From Catajapyx aquilonaris (taxonomy: Eukaryota), in the NCBI GenBank assembly GCA_000934665.2, contig KZ538527.1, positions 1 to 64,000 of the forward strand: a stretch of 64,000 bases of DNA, given 5' to 3'. Below, one piece after another: positions 24,778-37,233 of the stretch (positions are counted from its first letter, which is position 1; every line of letters begins with the position of its first letter). Under the pieces are notes generated by a model. It made no database searches, was not told where the DNA came from, and worked only from the letters and a program-made list of their open reading frames with translations. A program made the translations under genes and the position numbers.

Positions 24778-26284
24778 TCAGTAGAAGCGGTACTTGACCG
24801 CTGCGACTCCTGCCGCTATAACCACCACCAGGCCGGCCATCACGGACATTGCAAGCTGCGAGAGAGTGCAAGGAGGTCACAGCCTGCTCGATAGAAATGA
24901 TGACAGCGAGGGACTGACCTTTGACCTCTGCCCTGCCCGCTTGGTGTCCTTCTTCTCCTTCCCCTGCCCCAGCATCCTCCTGTACAGTGCGCTCTCGGAC
25001 ATCATCTCCTTCTTGCGGCACTGCTTCAGGACGGCCAGCTCCTGCTGCAGCACCTTCGAACCTGGCTCGGCCTGCAGCGCCTTGGTCATGGCCTCCACCG
25101 CCTCCTGGGTCTGCCCCTGGGCCGCCAGGACCTTGGACTTGCGGAACAGAGCCTTCACATTGTGCGGCTGGCACCTCAGGACGGCTTCCACGGATCTGAG
25201 GGCGGCCTCGTGGGCATCCAGCTTCATCTGGGCCGCCGCCAGGTTGTTGTACACCTTCAGGCGATCCTCTATCAGGTCCACCAGGGCATCCGCAGCTTCT
25301 GAAAATTATGGTTTACATACGTCATTTTTAACAGTTCAAGAGTTATTTTTAAAATTATTTTAATAGTTACTTTAAGTTACTTTTAAGTTATTTTTAATAG
25401 CTGCTTTAGGTTACTATTATTAAGTTATTTTAAATAGTTGTTCTAAGTTATTTTGATAGTTGTTTTAAGAGTTACTTAACAAGTTATTTTTAAAAATTTG
25501 GTTTTAAGATTCACGTCACCTGTGGTGTCCTCCTCTTTTGGTTCGTCGCCCAGCTCAGGTGGAATGTCATCAAGATAATCCAGGGCTCTCCTGTAGCACT
25601 GGACGGCCAGGGACCATTCGCCTCGGCTGAACCACCAGTTGCCCCTGGACCTCTTTGCGTTTCCAACGCGCTTGCGGTCCGGCACAGTCATGGCGTCAGG
25701 CTCAGGGCCGGGCTGGCTGCTGTGCAGGTGGACATGGTAACGGAGCTCGGAGCCAGGCGGCACACCCGGGTCCAATCCTTGCGCCCCGAAGCCAAACCGG
25801 GCGGCCACAATCACCTCTGCTGTCTCTCCAACGTCCATCAGGGGAAGGGTCAGCTCCAAGCCTTGAATTAACTGAAACGGGTCGGAATGAGCACCAGCGC
25901 ACACCTTTCGCTTCAGGAAACACGTACCTCATTGTCCCCAAGCTGAATGGTTAGCTGCTTCTCCGGTTCAAAGACGGTCCCGTCTTCCAACCACCCTTGC
26001 AGCGTCATGTCGCAGAGGTTGCCCCTCTGCGGCCTGCATTTCTCCTGGCCTGGCTGCAGCACCCTCTTCCGCAGCTGGTCATTCCCAAGGATGCGCAGCC
26101 ACCCATCGTCCTTCTCCAGGTCAGAGTCCCCATCTTCGGCCGTCTCCTTTTCCGTGCTCCCGTCTCCATACCCCTCTTCTATAGTCTCCCCCTCCTTTTT
26201 GCTCTTCTCTTCGCTCACATCGCTTTCTTCCAGCTCCGCAGGCAGTTCTGAGTGACCGTTTAAAACTACTGTCGACTCCTCCAT
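24778..26284 (-). CDS. FKBP8: FKBP-type PPIase/TPR protein with C-terminal membrane anchor (FKBP8/FKBP38); exons 26284-25928, 25871-25520, 25298-24919, 24855-24778
   Basis: Acidic N-terminus, FKBP domain (WLRILGNDQLRKRVL, IQGLELTLPLMDVGE), TPRs (KRSRGNWWF, YNNLAAAQMK, NVKALFRKSK) and tail anchor LAMSVMAGLVVVIAAGVAAVKYRFY*; splice phases match. Confidence 0.9.
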
Positions 26285-26846
26285 TTTGGCAACCTATGCA
26301 TGAAAATACACACGCATGAAACAGCTATACTACCATTAGATATAGAGTATGTATTATGTACTGTGTATGTATTAGCAGTATGTATCATTTTTAAAATTAT
26401 TTTAATAGTTGTTTTGAGTTATTTTTAAGGTAATTTTAATAGTTCAAGAGTTATTTTTACAATTATTTTAATAGTTATTTTAAGAGTTCAAGAGTTATTT
26501 TTAAAATTATCTTTAATAGTTATTTTAAGAGTTCAACAGATATTTTTTAAATTATTTTAATAATTGTTTTGAGTAATTTTTAAGGTATTTTTAATAGTTC
26601 GAGAGTTATTTTTTAAATTATCTTTAATAGTTATTTTAAGAGTTCAAGAGTTATTTTAAGAGTTCAACCGTTATTTTAAAAATTATTTCAATAGTTGTTT
26701 TGAGTTATTTTAAAGGTATTTTTAATAGTTCAACCGTTATTTTAAAAATTATTTCAATAGTTGTTTTGAGTTATTTTTAAGGTATTTTTAATAGTTCAAG
26801 AGTTATTTTTAAAATTATCTTTAATAGTTGTTTTGAGTTATTTTCT

Positions 26847-27108
26847 GGGCGACACCGTGGCGGAGTGGTTAGCGCCGCAGCCTTCCACCTCTAAGGTCCC
26901 GAGTTCGATCCCCGGGTCGGACGGAGGATACCTATGTGGATAGAGTTTCGATGGGTTCTCTCCGTGTTCGCGTGGGTTTTCTCGGGGTTCTCCCGTTTCC
27001 TCCCACTATCAAAATCCATCACATTACAGGCAAATGATTAAAGTCGGATATTCAAAAGATGATCTCCTAAGAGGCCCAAGGGGCCTATCCCGGGGTATCC
27101 ATTATTAT
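26847..27108 (+). mobile_element. tRNA-derived SINE family B with V-domain-like core
   Basis: A box TGGCGGAGTGG, B box AGTTCGATCCC, core TTCTCTCCGTGTTCGCGTGGGTTTTCTCGGGGTTCTCCCGTTTCCTCCCAC, short ATT tail, TSD tgagttatttt. Confidence 0.8.
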
Positions 27109-27211
27109 CTGAGTTATTTTAAAGGTATTTTTAATAGTTCAAGAGTTATTTTTAAAATTATCTTTAATAGTTATTTTGAGAGTTCAACAGTTATTTTTAA
27201 TAGTGCAAGTT

Positions 27212-27510
27212 ACCGAAGCAGTGGTGGCAGAGGGGATATGGTATCCGACTGCTAATCGGGAGGTCCTGGGTTCAATACCCGGTGCCGGCAACTCTAACCG
27301 TGATTTTCTGTGGTTTCCCACGGTCCCTCCAGGAGAATTCCGGAGTTGCTTCCTAAACTAATAGGCCACAGCCGCCTCCTTCCTTTCCTATCCTCTCCCA
27401 AAAATGCGCAGTAAAAATGACAAGAGTTCCAGTCAAAACAACAACAAAAAATCCCCCCCCTAAAGAGCCGCCGGCTGATAACGGGGTATGAATTATTATG
27501 CATTATTATT
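27212..27510 (+). mobile_element. tRNA-derived SINE family A, copy 2
   Basis: Same head and body as 19563 with a longer 3' region and ATT tail; approximate TSD taatagt(g/t)caa. Confidence 0.85.
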
Positions 27511-29376
27511 AATAGTTCAACAGTTATTTTTTAAATTATTTTAAATAGTTACTTTAAGAGTTCAACAGTTATTTTTTAAATTATTTTAATAGTTATTTTA
27601 AGAGTTCAACAGTTATTTTTTGAATTATTTTAATAATTGTTTTGAGTTATTTTTAAGAGTTCAAGAGTTATTTTAAGAGTTCAACAGTTATTTTAAGATT
27701 TAAACAGTTATTTTTAAAATTATTTTAATAATTGTTTTGAGTTATTTTTAAAATAATTTTAATAATTGTTTTGAGTTATTTTTAAAATTATTTTAATAAT
27801 TGTTTTGAGTTATTTTTAAGGTATTTTTAATAGTTCAAGAGTTATTTTTTAAATTATTTTAAATAGTTATTTTAAGCGTTCAACAGTTATTTTAAGATTT
27901 AAACAGTTATTTTTAAAATTATTTTAATAATTGTTTTGAGTTATTTTTAAGGTATTTTTAATAGTTCAAGAATTATTTTTTAAATTATTTTAATAGTTAT
28001 TTTAAGAGTTCAACAGTTATTTTTAAAATTATTTTAATAGTTATTTTAAGAGTTCAACAGTTATTTTTTGAATTATTTTAATAATTGTTTTGAGTTATTT
28101 TTAAGAGTTCAAGAGTTATTTTAAGAGTTCAACAGTTATTTTAAGATTTAAACAGTTATTTTTAAAATTATTTTAATAATTGTTTTGAGTTATTTTTAGG
28201 GTATTTTTAATAGTTCAACAGTTATTTTTTAAATTATTTTATTAGTTATTTTAAGAGTTCAACAGTTATTTTTTGAATTATTTTAATAATTGTTTTGAGT
28301 TATTTTTAAGAGTTCAAGAGTTATTTTAAGAGTTCAACAGTTATTTTAAGATTTAAACAGTTATTTTTAAAATTATTTTAATAATTGTTTTGAGTTATTT
28401 TTAAGGTATTTTAATAGTTCAAGAGTTATTTTTTAAATTATTTTAATAGTTATTTTAAGAGTTCAACAGTTATTTTAAGATTTAAACAGTTATTTTTAAA
28501 ATTATTTTAATAATTGTTTTGAGTTATTTTTAAGGTATTTTAATAGTTCAAGAGTTATTTTTTAAATTACGGTATTTTAATAGTTATTTTAAGAGTTCAA
28601 CAGTTATTTTAAGATTTAAACAGTTATTTTTAAAATAATTTTAATAATTGTTTTGAGTTATTTTTAAAATTATTTTAATAATTGTTGAGTTATTTTTTAA
28701 ATTATTTTAATAGTTATTTTAAGAGTTCAACAGTTATTTTAAGATTTAAACAGTTATTTTTAAAATTATTTTAATAATTGTTTTGAGTTATTTTAAGGTA
28801 TTTTTAATAGTTCAAGAGTTATTTTTTAAATTATTTTAATAGTTATTTTAAGAGTTCAACAGTTATTTTAAGATTTAAACAGTTATTTTTAAAATTATTT
28901 TAATAATTGTTTTGAGTTATTTTTAAGGTATTTTAATAGTTCAAGAGTTATTTTTTAAATTATTTTAATAGTTATTTTAAGAGTTCAACAGTTATTTTAA
29001 GATTTAAACAGTTATTTTTAAAATTATTATAATAATTGTTTTGAGTTATTTTTAAGGTATTTTAATAGTTCAAGAGTTATTTTTTAAATTATTTTAGTAG
29101 TTATTTTAAGAGTTCAACAGTTATTTTAAGATTTAAACAGTTATTTTTAAAATAATTTTAATAATTGTTTTGAGTTATTTTTAAGGTATTTTTAATAGTT
29201 CAAGAGTTATTTTTTAAATTATTTTAAATAGTTATTTTAAGCGTTCAACAGTCATTGTACTGTGTATGTATTAGAAGTATTGTGTACTGTACTGTGTACT
29301 GTGTGCTGCAGTGTGTATTACATCATGTATTACAGAGTGGCCAGTTTCTCCAGCCAAAATGGAACGTGTTAACCAC

Positions 29377-29806
29377 CTGTCCCCAATCCGAGTCGAGGTC
29401 CTCTTCCTTCTCTTCCCGGATGGTCCCAGAGTCTTCCTGTGGGAGAGAGATTGCAGGCAGGAAGCGGCCAGATGGATCCCCGGGCGGCAGGCAGGGGGAA
29501 GAAGGCCTTTTTCCCGTTTCTTTCCTCCTCTTTCCTTCCCCACCTTTTCCCTTTCTTTCTTCTTCCTCTTTCGCAACAACTCAGCAGAAGAAAGGAAGGA
29601 ACGAAATCGGCGCCATCTTTGATCCAGGCAACCCAGTAATAACCATGGATCCGCAAGAGCAGGCACACCCAATTTTAATTAATACATTATTTAACAAATA
29701 TAGAATTCAATTGTAGTATGTACAAATATTTGGTACACACTGGGCTGTACTTTAATGGTTAATGAGTCGTTCAAGTGACATTCGAATTGTTCTGGAGGAT
29801 TCCAAG
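29377..29806. promoter_or_regulatory. Probable bidirectional promoter FKBP8/MRPL54, including a non-coding first exon of FKBP8
   Basis: Minus-strand donor GACAG|GTGGTT at 29377 and acceptor just before the FKBP8 ATG (~26293); divergent AAGATGGCG (YY1-type) motifs at ~29612 (-) and ~29804 (+). Confidence 0.6.
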
Positions 29807-30293
29807 ATGGCGTCGCCCATGCTGCTGCACATATGTTCGCCCAGGGTTTTGCCCCTGGTTTCGCTCCGGGGCTGGTTCGCCCCAGTTGCAGGCTACGCCA
29901 AAAAGGCCGGAGCACCAGGTACTACAACGGACGCTTCACTGCCACCAGCGACACTTTTTTAACAGCATGACTTCTGTAGGCATACCCAGCTTGGGAAAAG
30001 GTGTGGGCAAGAAGGGCAAGTTGGGTCCGGCTCTGGAGAAGAAGGTCCTTCCAGTGGAGACGGACGCCTCCAGGCTGGTCACCCACCTGTGCGGAAGCAA
30101 CCTCCTGAAGGAAGGGGGAGAGGACGTCAAGCTCCAGCCGGACGAGGCCTATCCCGAGTGGCTCTGGTCCACCCGCACCGGCCCGCCCCCGCCTCTGGAG
30201 GAGCTGGATCCAGAGTCCCTGGAGTACTGGAGGAGGATCAGGAGGATGGGGATCAAGCAGCAGAACCAGCTCAAGAAGGGGAAGAAGTTCTAG
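29807..30293 (+). CDS. MRPL54: Mitochondrial ribosomal protein mL54; exons 29807-29918, 29980-30293
   Basis: Presequence-like start, then GYAKK...KKVLPVETDASRLVTHLCGSNLLKEGGEDVKLQPDEAYPEWLW...EYWRRIRR, the mL54 motif. Confidence 0.9.
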
Positions 30294-30459
30294 TCCTCAA
30301 AACAGCAGCACTTTATAATATTATCACGCATTATTATAATTTTTGTACAGTAATTAAACTCACACGTTCGCTCAATTAAGTCGTACGAGTTCCAGCAACA
30401 CAACCCGTTCTTATTGTTGCCATGGTACAAAACCCATTGCATCCATCTCCTACCATGGC

Positions 30460-30799
30460 CAGGGAGCATATACTACATCAGAGGCGCAAATATTCGATTT
30501 CCGCGTCTCTCTGTTTGGGGTCGTTGCCAAGGCTGGCGGCCATTTTGAAGTGTGGGGAACGCCAACGATGTATAAATAGGGTACAGGCAAAAATAAGGTC
30601 CGCCATCTTTGATTCGCGCGTGTTCTTGACATGGTCGCCAAAACCATCAAAGATGGCGGACCCTATTTTTGCCTGTACCCTATTTATACCCCGTTGGCGT
30701 TCCCCACACTTCAAGATGGCCGCCAGTCTTGGCAACAGCCCCAAAGAGAGAGACGCGGAAATCGATTGTTTGCGCCTCTGATGTAGTATATGCTCCCTG
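30460..30799. mobile_element. Palindromic MITE, P-element-like, copy 2
   Basis: Same arms; perfect 7-bp TSD ccatggc (30453-30459 and 30800-30806). Confidence 0.9.
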
Positions 30800-31061
30800 C
30801 CATGGCCAAACAAGCAAACAAATTCATGGACATGTTATGTTGGACCATAAGTACACGTACATACAAACAAACAAACTTATGGACAAAGAAACTCGCAAAC
30901 TTTGCCTTCTATCACTATCCGGGCCTTTTAAAGTTTGTTTATACTGTTCTTTTTGTCCATAAGTTCGTTTGTTTGTCCATAAGTTTGTTTATTCTGTTTG
31001 TCCGTAAACAACCAACCTAACCAAACCTATGGGCAAACAGACAAACAAACTTTTCCTTTCA

Positions 31062-33106
31062 TCACTTGCAACACTCTGTGAGTATGTCTCGAAATGGAGG
31101 AAGTGGCTGCAACAATGGCCCATTGTCGCTCTTGTCTGCCGGTTGTTGACTCGAGTCAGGTTCGTCCTCGCTCGATGTGTCCTCGCCGGACTGTCGATGC
31201 CGCGACACATTGTGCACGTCCTTAACGTGCCGCTTGAGGTGCGACAATCGCTTGTAAGACTGGCCGCATACGGAGCAAAGATGCGGTCGTGTCTCAGTGT
31301 GCGTCTGGAGGTGCCTGAAATCATCCCGGTTTTAAATCCGCATTTGAATGTGCCTTATGCCGTTACCTTCTTAGCGAACTCTTAATCTTGAAGCCCATGT
31401 TGCACTGGCTGCACGTAAATGGCCGCTCGTTGGAGTGCATGTACGCCCGGTGATCATTCAGTGCACTACTGGTATGGAAAGCGACTCCGCACGACTCGCA
31501 CACGAAGCCCCGCCGTCTTCCCTCTTCCGTGTCATGCAAAGCGACATGTCTCCTCAGATTAGCATCGCTGGACACCTGCTTCCCGCACTCGGGACACGTG
31601 TGTTTGGGCGGCTGCTGCGAATGAGCGGTGTTCACGTGTCTATGGAGGGACGAGCGGGCAGTGAACTTGAGGGAACAGAACGGGCAGAGGTGCGAGCTGC
31701 TGCGGCCGCCCTCTTTGATCCATCGCTTGTGTCGGTCCGAAAAGTTGTGCCGTTTGAGGGACTTGAGAGACGAAAACTTCAGGTGGCAAACGTGGCAGGC
31801 AAGACCGGTGTTTCCGGCACCAGGTTTTTTGGGTTTGGACCTAGCGGCACTGGAAGTAGCAGAAAAACAAACGCATCAGTTCTGGCAGTAGTTTCTTACT
31901 AAATCTTATTACGTATGTAAGGGAAAGTTTGTTCCTTTGTCCTTAATTTTGCTTCCTTGCTTGAAACCACAAACATATGGACAAACAAGCAAACAATCTC
32001 ATACACAAGCAGGCAAGCAAGCATACTTATGGGCACAAACGAACCAATGGACAAACAATCAAACGATCTAATGGACAAACAATCACACAATCTCATGGAC
32101 AAACAATCAAACAATCTCATGGACAAACAATCAAACGATCTAATGGACAAACAATCAAACAATCTCATGGACAAACAAACAATCCAACTTATGGACAAGC
32201 AAGCAAACTTACGGATTTACTAACTTATGTTGCTTGCTTGTTTGTCCATAAATTAGTTTGTCCATAGGATCGTTCGATGGTTTGCCCATAAGTAAGCTTG
32301 CTTGTTTGTCCATGGGATTATTTGCTTGCTTGTTTGTCCATTAGATTGTTTGCTTGCTTGTTTGTCCATAAGATTGTTTGATCGTTTGTCCAGAGGCTTT
32401 TTGTCCGTAAGAAGGCTTGCTCGTTTGTCCGTAAGATCGTTCGCTTGTTTGTCCCCATGTTTGTGGTTTCTTTGTCCACGGCAACAGGTTGCCATATTAG
32501 CATCAAACAATAATGACTTATTGTTTTTGCATTACTGTGGCAACAGTCATACCTGAAAGAAACCTCTTTGTCCGTTGCTGTGCCAGGAAGGGAACATAAG
32601 CTTGTGTCGTCAACTGGGAGTACGCAAGTGACGGTGGCTTCGTCGGCAGCTGACAGTTGACCAGCTGCGGTGACTGTCACGAAGCAATCTGTAATGCAAA
32701 GTAACAAGGCGTTACTTGCGATGAGAGGCCAAAAGCTGCGTTGTTACCTTCAGCTACGTCCTGGTTTTCGGCTGGGATGTCAGTCGATGCCACTTCCGCA
32801 GCGTAGAGTGTTGCTGTGATGCTGCCAGACCCTTCAGCCAGATGTTCAGCGCAACGCTGAAGCATCTGAAGCGCTTCGGACTGGTCGGATTGTCCCAGCT
32901 CGTTGAACGACTGCACCAGTGACGTCAGCTGCGGAATTAACATTCAATTAATTAACAAATCAATTTTAAAAAAATCATAATTGTTACTACAATCGTAATT
33001 AACATATTTGCTCCTACCAGTTCTTCCTTATTACCCCCAACTCTGCGCTACTCACTTTAAAGCTGAATTCTGCGAGGGTTCCAGTCGAACCGATTTCGCG
33101 ACTCAT
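31062..33106 (-). CDS. C2H2 zinc-finger protein with six fingers (about 5 coding exons)
   Basis: Spliced frame MSREIGSTGTLAEFSFK|LTSLVQSF..., then fingers CHVC..H, CPFC..HVNTAH, CPECGK..HVALH, CESCG..HRAYMH, CSQC..HLQTH, CSVCG..HVKDVH with NERPF/ETRPH linkers. The 5' exons are less certain. Confidence 0.8.
31920..32480. repeat. Foldback of ~24-bp tandem units (ATGGACAAACAATCAAAC..) in an intron
   Basis: Forward units 31975-32215, reverse-complement units 32230-32480. Confidence 0.8.
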
Positions 33107-34160
33107 TTCTTAATCGTCTGCCTGAAAATTGCTAAAAAATATGGCAAAAATGTGACGAAAAAAATTATTTGCAATTTTACATGGCGGCCATCTTGTCCAG
33201 GGTGCGTTCGAACCACCATCATTTGGAGCCACATATTTTTTACGAACACGCCCAAAACTTTAAAACTTAAATATTTAACTAAAATAATTCCACATTCTTT
33301 AATAAGGCTGTTAAAATTAATTGCGTTTAAATTATTTGCGCTAAAATCGTGAGGTTTTTTGCTGATGGGCGCGTTTGGAACATTTCCTGCGCATCTTTCG
33401 AACGCGCCCATTTAAAAAAAAAAAAAAACTTCATAATTTAGAGCAAATAATTTATTATAATGATAATAGTTAAATATATATTTAAAAAATGCATTAAATT
33501 ATGTGGATGACAAATTGGATGACGGCGCGGGAAAATTTGAATTCATTTTAACAATAAAGTGCTGGTAATAAGTGTTGTATTATTAATATTAATAATTAAT
33601 GTTAAATATTAAGCAATGAAGGAATAAAATTGCGCACGTGTAATTAGACAAGTGGCGGCTCATGCCGCACAAGTGTTTGAATCCATTTCATCGCCAGCAT
33701 GAGGAGCGATGAATATTTTCTCTTCTGGCGAATTAATAAGGCGAATAATGAGGCGAATAAAGCCACATGTTGCAGGTGTTGGTGTCTTAAGAAATTTTTG
33801 CATGAAAAAGAGGCTTCAGAATTTGAATTCTTTTCAGTGGGCTACAGCTGCTCTATACAATTGCTTAGTACAAGCCACAATAGTACTGTAGTAATCGCAT
33901 CATGTTGGCTGCTGCCGTGGTAATAATAGCGGTTCATTTTTTCCTTTTATCATGATCTGGCTAGAGGCATGTAACAATGTACGTATTATATGCATCAATA
34001 AAATATGTACGACTGAATTGACGTTCTTTATAATGCTCAATTTTCTCCCCTTTGTACATTTTTTTTTGCAAATATGACATGTTCATAGGGAGAATGCAAA
34101 ACAATTTGAACATGTGCTGAATTTATTAACTGTCGACAAACTTTACGGGGTGGTCCAACT

Positions 34161-36476
34161 CTACTTGGGTGCGGGTGAGATGATCAGCGTGAGAAGGTCG
34201 GACAGCTCCGGAACCTCCGAGGTGTTGAATCCGCTTCGGGCAACAAGCCTCGAGAGCATGACTCGTGTCGTGATGTACAAGTTCATCTTCCGCTTCAGCT
34301 TCTGGTCGGCCAGCTGGCCCTCCCTGGTCTTCAGCTCCGGCTCCTCTCCCATCTGGTCCGCACCTCCCATGGCCACCAGCTCCTTCAGGCCCCTCTGGTT
34401 CCCCTCCTTCAGGGTCTTCAGTTCGGTCCACTTCCGCCTGTACTCCTCCTCCGACTCTGACACCTGCGCCTCCCTCTGCTTCACCTCCAGCGTCATTGCG
34501 AAGAAGGCGGACGCCATGGTCACGAAATTGTCCTTCTCCGATTCCGTGATGACCATATTACGATCCGACTCGCTGCGGCCCCAGGGCAGCTCCTTGCCCA
34601 GCACCGAGGTCAGGAAGGCCGAGGCCTGCCCCTCCCGTATGAAGACCTCCCGCAGCTCCAGACGCAGGCAGCTCAGCTCCTTCTGCTTCTCAACCTCCTC
34701 CAGCTCCGCCTTCAGCGTCGCAAGGTCATGCTCCGCTGGCTGGAGCGAGCCTGGAATAATTCGACAGATTAAAAATAATGTACCCTTCATGCAGGGCAAT
34801 AAGTAATATTAATTACCTTAACTGCACTGAACTTAAAACTCCAGTCGCAATGCACGTACGTGCATTCAATAGGAATTTAAGTAACACAAAATGAATGATG
34901 ATGAAGCGAGCCTAATAATAGTTACTTATTTTGAAGAGCTATTTTGAAAAAGCTACTTTGAGGGTAACTTGAAGAGATATTTTAAGGGTTACTTTAATAG
35001 ATATTTGAAGAGCTATTTCAAAGAGCTATTCTAAGGGATATTTTAAGGGCTATGTTAAAAAAGCTATCTTAAAGAGCTATTCTAAGGGCTACTTTTAAGA
35101 GCTACTTTAGGGTTATTCTAAGAGCTATTTTAATGTTTATTTTAAGATATTTTAAGGGTTACTTTAAGGGTTATGTTAAGAGCTACTGTAAGGGTTATCT
35201 TAATGGCTATTTTAAATAGCTATTTTAAGAGTTACTTAAGAGCTACTGTAAGGGTTATCTTAATGGCTGTTTTAATGGCTACTTTAGAGGTACTTAAATA
35301 GCTATTTAACGGTTATTCGAAGAGCTATTTTAAGTAGCTATTTTAAGAGTTACTTAAGAGCCACTAAGGGTTATCTTAATTGCTATTTTAAGGGCTGCTT
35401 AATGGCTACTTTAGAGGTATTTAAACAGCTATTTTAAAGCTTATTCGAAGAACTATTTTAAATGGCTACTTTAAGAGCTACTTAAGAGCTACTGTAAGAG
35501 TTATCTTAATGGCTGTTAATAGCTACTTGAGAGGTATTCAAACAGCTATTTTAAAGCTTATTCGAAGAGCTATTTAAATAGCTATTTTAAGAGTCACTTA
35601 AGAGCTACTGTAAGGGTTACCTTAATGGCTGCTTTAATAGCTACTTTAGAGGTATTTAAACAGCTATTTTAAAGCTGATTCGAAGAGCTATTTTAAATGG
35701 CTATTTTAAGAGTTACTTAACCCTTAACTACGTAGGTGGAGCCTGAGAGGCTCCAAGCACTATTTAAATGCATGTAACTTTTTCATTGAATTTTATTTAC
35801 CCCTGTCCTTCCGTGACTTTGTCAGAAAAACCTTCCTAAGCATGAAAAGGAAAGAAAAAAATTTTTAGTCCCTATTCTTTGGTTTTAAAAAATTCGTAAC
35901 GAGGAACAGGTCCCTCCTGGAACCGCTCAGGCTCTATATCTCGTAGGTGAAGCCTGAGCGGCTCAAACACATGATGTAACCTTTTAATGAAGAATTTTTC
36001 CCTGTCGGAATATGCTGACTCAGCGTGTGATTTTGACGTTATCGGAAGCCTAATGATCTGAACTGCACTTTCTGTATGTGAAAAGTCCAATATCCCACCT
36101 ACGTAGTTAAGGGTTAATAGCTCCTTTAAGGGTTGTTTGAAATGCTGCCTTTAATAGCTACTGTAAATAGCTGCCAATGGCTAGGGTTATTTAATTAAGT
36201 GGCTATTTCAAGGGCTGGTTTAATGGCTATTTGAATGTTCATTTTAAGGTATTTCTAAGGCATATTATTAATTAATCTTCAATGGGGCGTATACATGTTG
36301 GTATTGTTGTACATTTTTTTTTTTTTGTGATTATGATGGATAGTTTCCTTACAAACGTTGACGTCCGCCCTGGTCTTCCTGGCGAGGTACTGGAGGTGGA
36401 TGAGGCGCTTCGCCTTCCGATACACTTCCTCCTCTTCGCGTCGTTGAAGGACGAGGCCTCCAGCAGGTCCCAGCAT
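34161..36476 (-). CDS. Coiled-coil protein, CENP-H-like; exons 36476-36353 and 34750-34161
   Basis: Phase-1 splice joins MLGPAGGLVLQRREEEEVYRKAKRLIHLQYLARKTRADVNVC to a coiled-coil exon ending TRVMLSRLVARSGFNTSEVPELSDLLTLII, which resembles the CENP-H C-terminal motif (L..LI.GS.VNWAEDP.L..IV). Confidence 0.5.
34920..36240. repeat. Degenerate array (AGCTATTTTAAG/AGCTACT) in the CENP-H-like intron
   Basis: Direct reading; interrupted by the piggyBac-like element. Confidence 0.85.
35721..36113. mobile_element. Non-autonomous piggyBac-like element
   Basis: TTAA|CCCTTAACTACGTAGGTGG...CCACCTACGTAGTTAAGGG|TTAA (19-bp TIR, TTAA TSD). Confidence 0.88.
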
Positions 36477-37173
36477 TATTGTTTGCACCACCGGGCGACC
36501 AGTCAGAAGAGGACAGGGAGATGATGAGGACCACTTGAACGACGCTCAGGACAGACAGACGACGAGGGGACAACAACAACAACAATTGTTGTTGTTGCTG
36601 TTGCTGCTGTTGTCGTTGTTGTTGCCGGGAAAAGAAAGAACGGTTAGGCGCCGAGCTGAGGGTGCGTTCGGGTGGGCGGCTGTTTTGACCGACAAGGCTG
36701 CTTACACGTGAAAGTCTGCCTTCTGATTGGCGAGTGCGTTTGAACTCAGCTGTTTCATTGGTTTCGCGTTGAATGCGATTGGGACGTGTAAACAAAATGA
36801 CTTATATAGTACTTACCGATACTGATTGGCGCGAATAGTTTACACGTGACAGCTAAGCCATACTGCGCATGCTCGTTCATATACCTGGCCTCTGATTGGC
36901 CTATTTCAACTCAAGGTGCTAGCACGTGTAAGCTCGACTTGTGATCAACGATCTTGGTAGTGTCGTTGCGATATCACCAGTGCCACGCCTCCACACTTCT
37001 CATTAATTTTATTTTTTTTAAACCGGTATAACTATAAATAGGGTGTAATTAACACTTCTAAAAATTAAATAAGGAAGCTGTGAATCTGCCCTGAATTTTG
37101 AAGCCACCTTGCCCACCTTTAAGGTCGATAATTAATTAACTCAAAAGCAACCAACAAGACAAGAGATCCCAAT

Positions 37174-37233
<60 letters not shown>

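Larger units (their letters stand above)
26385..29252. repeat. AT-rich minisatellite array in the FKBP8 5' intron (GTTATTTTAAGAGTTCAACAG modules)
   Basis: Dozens of modules with higher-order repetition; hosts two SINEs; a related short array lies at 25322-25500. Confidence 0.9.

Noticed and set aside
24877..24918. FKBP8 ending at SSRL* as in the ORF track
   Set aside because: A 63-nt intron leads to the expected transmembrane tail exon.
31899..32556. Repetitive ORFs (MDKQSNNL / CLSMRLFD)
   Set aside because: Translations of the 24-bp intronic repeat.
34114..34806. 230-aa plus-strand ORF and other long antisense ORFs (44793-45359, 57559-58119, 53770-54396)
   Set aside because: Shadows of GC-rich coding exons on the opposite strand.
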